A stretch of 7,469 nucleotides of DNA, taken from positions 1-7,469 of IMG/VR virus record IMGVR_UViG_2778261691_000002, one strand, 5' to 3'. Origin of the DNA: a virus (Duplodnaviria; Heunggongvirae; Uroviricota; Caudoviricetes). Below the pieces are notes generated by a model. It saw only the letters and a program-made list of their open reading frames with translations. It was not told the DNA's origin and searched no databases. Shown here piece by piece: positions 6,098 through 7,469 of this stretch; position 1 is the stretch's first letter, and the number at the start of each line of letters is the position of its first letter. The position numbers were made by a program, and so were the translations under genes.

Positions 6098-6451
6098 TTA
6101 ATCGTCAACCTTCTTACAAGGAAACGAACCTATGATTCTCGGCGCATCCATGCTGTTCTGCAGTAGTTGGACATTCAAGAAACGCGTTTCGGTACCCGGA
6201 CGGCGAATGAACTCGAAACCGTAATTGTTACCGTCTTTGGCTGGCATAAGCCCCATATCCGCCTTCATTCCATTACCGTTGCCGAGCGTTTTGATTTTCT
6301 GGGAGGTAACTGTCTCACCATTAATCCTGAACAATGAATCAGGAATCAACTCTAATTTGTAGCCACCACACTGAAGCGTGACACCGCCAGGATTCGCAGC
6401 AAATGCGAACCCCGGAAGGAAACAGAGTCCAATAACAATCCACTTTTTCAC
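6098..6451 (-). CDS. Hypothetical secreted/periplasmic protein with Sec signal peptide (117 aa)
   Basis: N-terminus MKKWIVIGLCFLPGFAFA|ANPGG is a classic signal peptide with an AFA-A signal peptidase I site and no lipobox. GTG start at 6451..6449 shares one base with the TAG of the upstream gene (taGTG), with GAGG upstream. Two Cys in the mature part (possible disulfide). Normal GC (~47%). Confidence 0.65.
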   Translation of the reverse strand: MKKWIVIGLCFLPGFAFAANPGGVTLQCGGYKLELIPDSLFRINGETVTSQKIKTLGNGNGMKADMGLMPAKDGNNYGFEFIRRPGTETRFLNVQLLQNSMDAPRIIGSFPCKKVDD

Positions 6452-7469
6452 TATCCTACCTCACGCTGTAAAGACGACGCCGAACGAAGATCCGCCGCAC
6501 CGCGCGCTTCGCACATCATATCCATGTACCACGCCTGGCCCCTTGTGTCGCCAGTGTACATAATCCCGCGCACAATATAAACGCCATCCGTTGCGATGCT
6601 GGCAGGCTGCGATATGGTGCCGCTTAGCGTAATATTTCCGTCCGTGTTCTGGTCGGTGATCTGCCCACCAGCCATAGCGATATCGTTGTTCGACAACGCG
6701 GTGCGATATACGGAAGCCTGATCCAGTTGAATGAGCCCATTAACCCGGATGTTCGGATTAATAAGCGCGCGGACGTTTACGCCGTTGCCGATGGTCTGCT
6801 GCGGCATGCCAATAAGCCCGGTAGCGCTGTTGAGCACAATCGCTTCGTGAACATATTCATTATTCACCACCATCTGGCGCTGACCATCCACGAATTGCCA
6901 TGTTGCGCCACATTGCCCGGCTACGTTATCCATTAGATGCCGCGTCATGCCAAAGAGCACCCGCCCCCGGGGGAATACAGTAGCAGGCATTTCAGGCGTC
7001 AGGCCTTCGGTCGCACCTTTGGCTTCGAAGTCTTTCATCAGCGCACGGTTCACATCAGCGACCGTGTAACCGGCAGCCAGCGTCTGTGAGGTTATACTGG
7101 TGGCAAAAGCCAGATCAGTATCTGCTGCCTGAATCAGGACGTAGGAATCAACCGGACTGTCTTTTCCTGTGACCGAGTAGCGAATTTCACCGCTGAAAAT
7201 CAGTCCGTAGTTGCGGCCATCTCTCTGGCCCACATCTGCCGCGTCGACTTCGCGCACGGTCCCGACGTCGCTTGCCGCCACCTCCGGCGCGATACCGTCG
7301 TAACCGGCAATCAGCCGCACTTTCGAAAATTCCTTCCCGGTGATTCGGTTCACAGTATCTGCCGAGAGGTTATAAATTTTGATAGTCCCTACCCGGGACG
7401 CGCTGCTGATGTTGAACCAGTCGATCGTAAAGGTGACTTTGAAATCACTTAGCTCAATTCCCTGACCGT
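6451..7469 (-). CDS. Phage tail/baseplate structural protein, 5'-truncated by the window edge (possibly baseplate hub, Mu gp44 / P2 gpD position)
   Basis: The frame stays open from the annotated GTG at 7353 up to position 7469 (hand-translated upstream codons ...GQGIELSDFKVTFTIDWFNISSASRVGTIKIYNLSADT-V-NRITGKEF...), so the real start is outside the window. Gly/Thr/Asn/Val-rich composition. The hub assignment is from synteny only. Confidence 0.5.
   Translation of the reverse strand, partial: GQGIELSDFKVTFTIDWFNISSASRVGTIKIYNLSADTVNRITGKEFSKVRLIAGYDGIAPEVAASDVGTVREVDAADVGQRDGRNYGLIFSGEIRYSVTGKDSPVDSYVLIQAADTDLAFATSITSQTLAAGYTVADVNRALMKDFEAKGATEGLTPEMPATVFPRGRVLFGMTRHLMDNVAGQCGATWQFVDGQRQMVVNNEYVHEAIVLNSATGLIGMPQQTIGNGVNVRALINPNIRVNGLIQLDQASVYRTALSNNDIAMAGGQITDQNTDGNITLSGTISQPASIATDGVYIVRGIMYTGDTRGQAWYMDMMCEARGAADLRSASSLQREVG

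Noticed and set aside
6378-6936. Plus-strand ORFs 6378..6563 and 6727..6936
   Set aside because: Antisense to the signal-peptide gene and the upstream tail gene; shadow ORFs.
1-7469. CRISPR arrays, tRNA/rRNA genes, IS elements or an integrase/att site
   Set aside because: I saw no regularly spaced direct repeats, no tRNA-like cloverleaf candidates, and no transposase-like ORF or terminal inverted repeats. The only recombination signal is the invertase system.

Overview
This 7.5-kb window is the distal end of a tail/baseplate late operon from a Mu/e14-like temperate phage (prophage) in an enterobacterial-type genome, transcribed almost entirely on the minus strand. Reading 5'->3' on the minus strand: a 5'-truncated tail structural gene (7469..6451), an inserted block (6451..5343), then spike (V-like), W/gp25-like, J-like and DUF2612/gpI-like baseplate genes, a short tail-fibre gene and its Tfa chaperone. 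The fibre gene ends inside a ~1.9-kb Gin/Pin-type invertible host-range segment bounded by 26-bp inverted crossover sites (101..126 and 1992..2017). That segment carries a second, silent fibre C-terminus and its own Tfa on the plus strand, and the first 15 codons of the serine invertase sit at the window edge (46..1, minus). The best candidate for an undescribed system is the inserted block: a signal-peptide protein, then a sharply AT-rich cassette encoding a 176-aa three-TM membrane protein and a 57-aa acidic peptide, closed by a strong intrinsic terminator directly in front of the spike gene. I could not assign the cassette proteins to any family from sequence alone; a defence, exclusion or toxin-like role is hypothesis only. 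All family assignments are from motif recognition and gene order, not from database searches.
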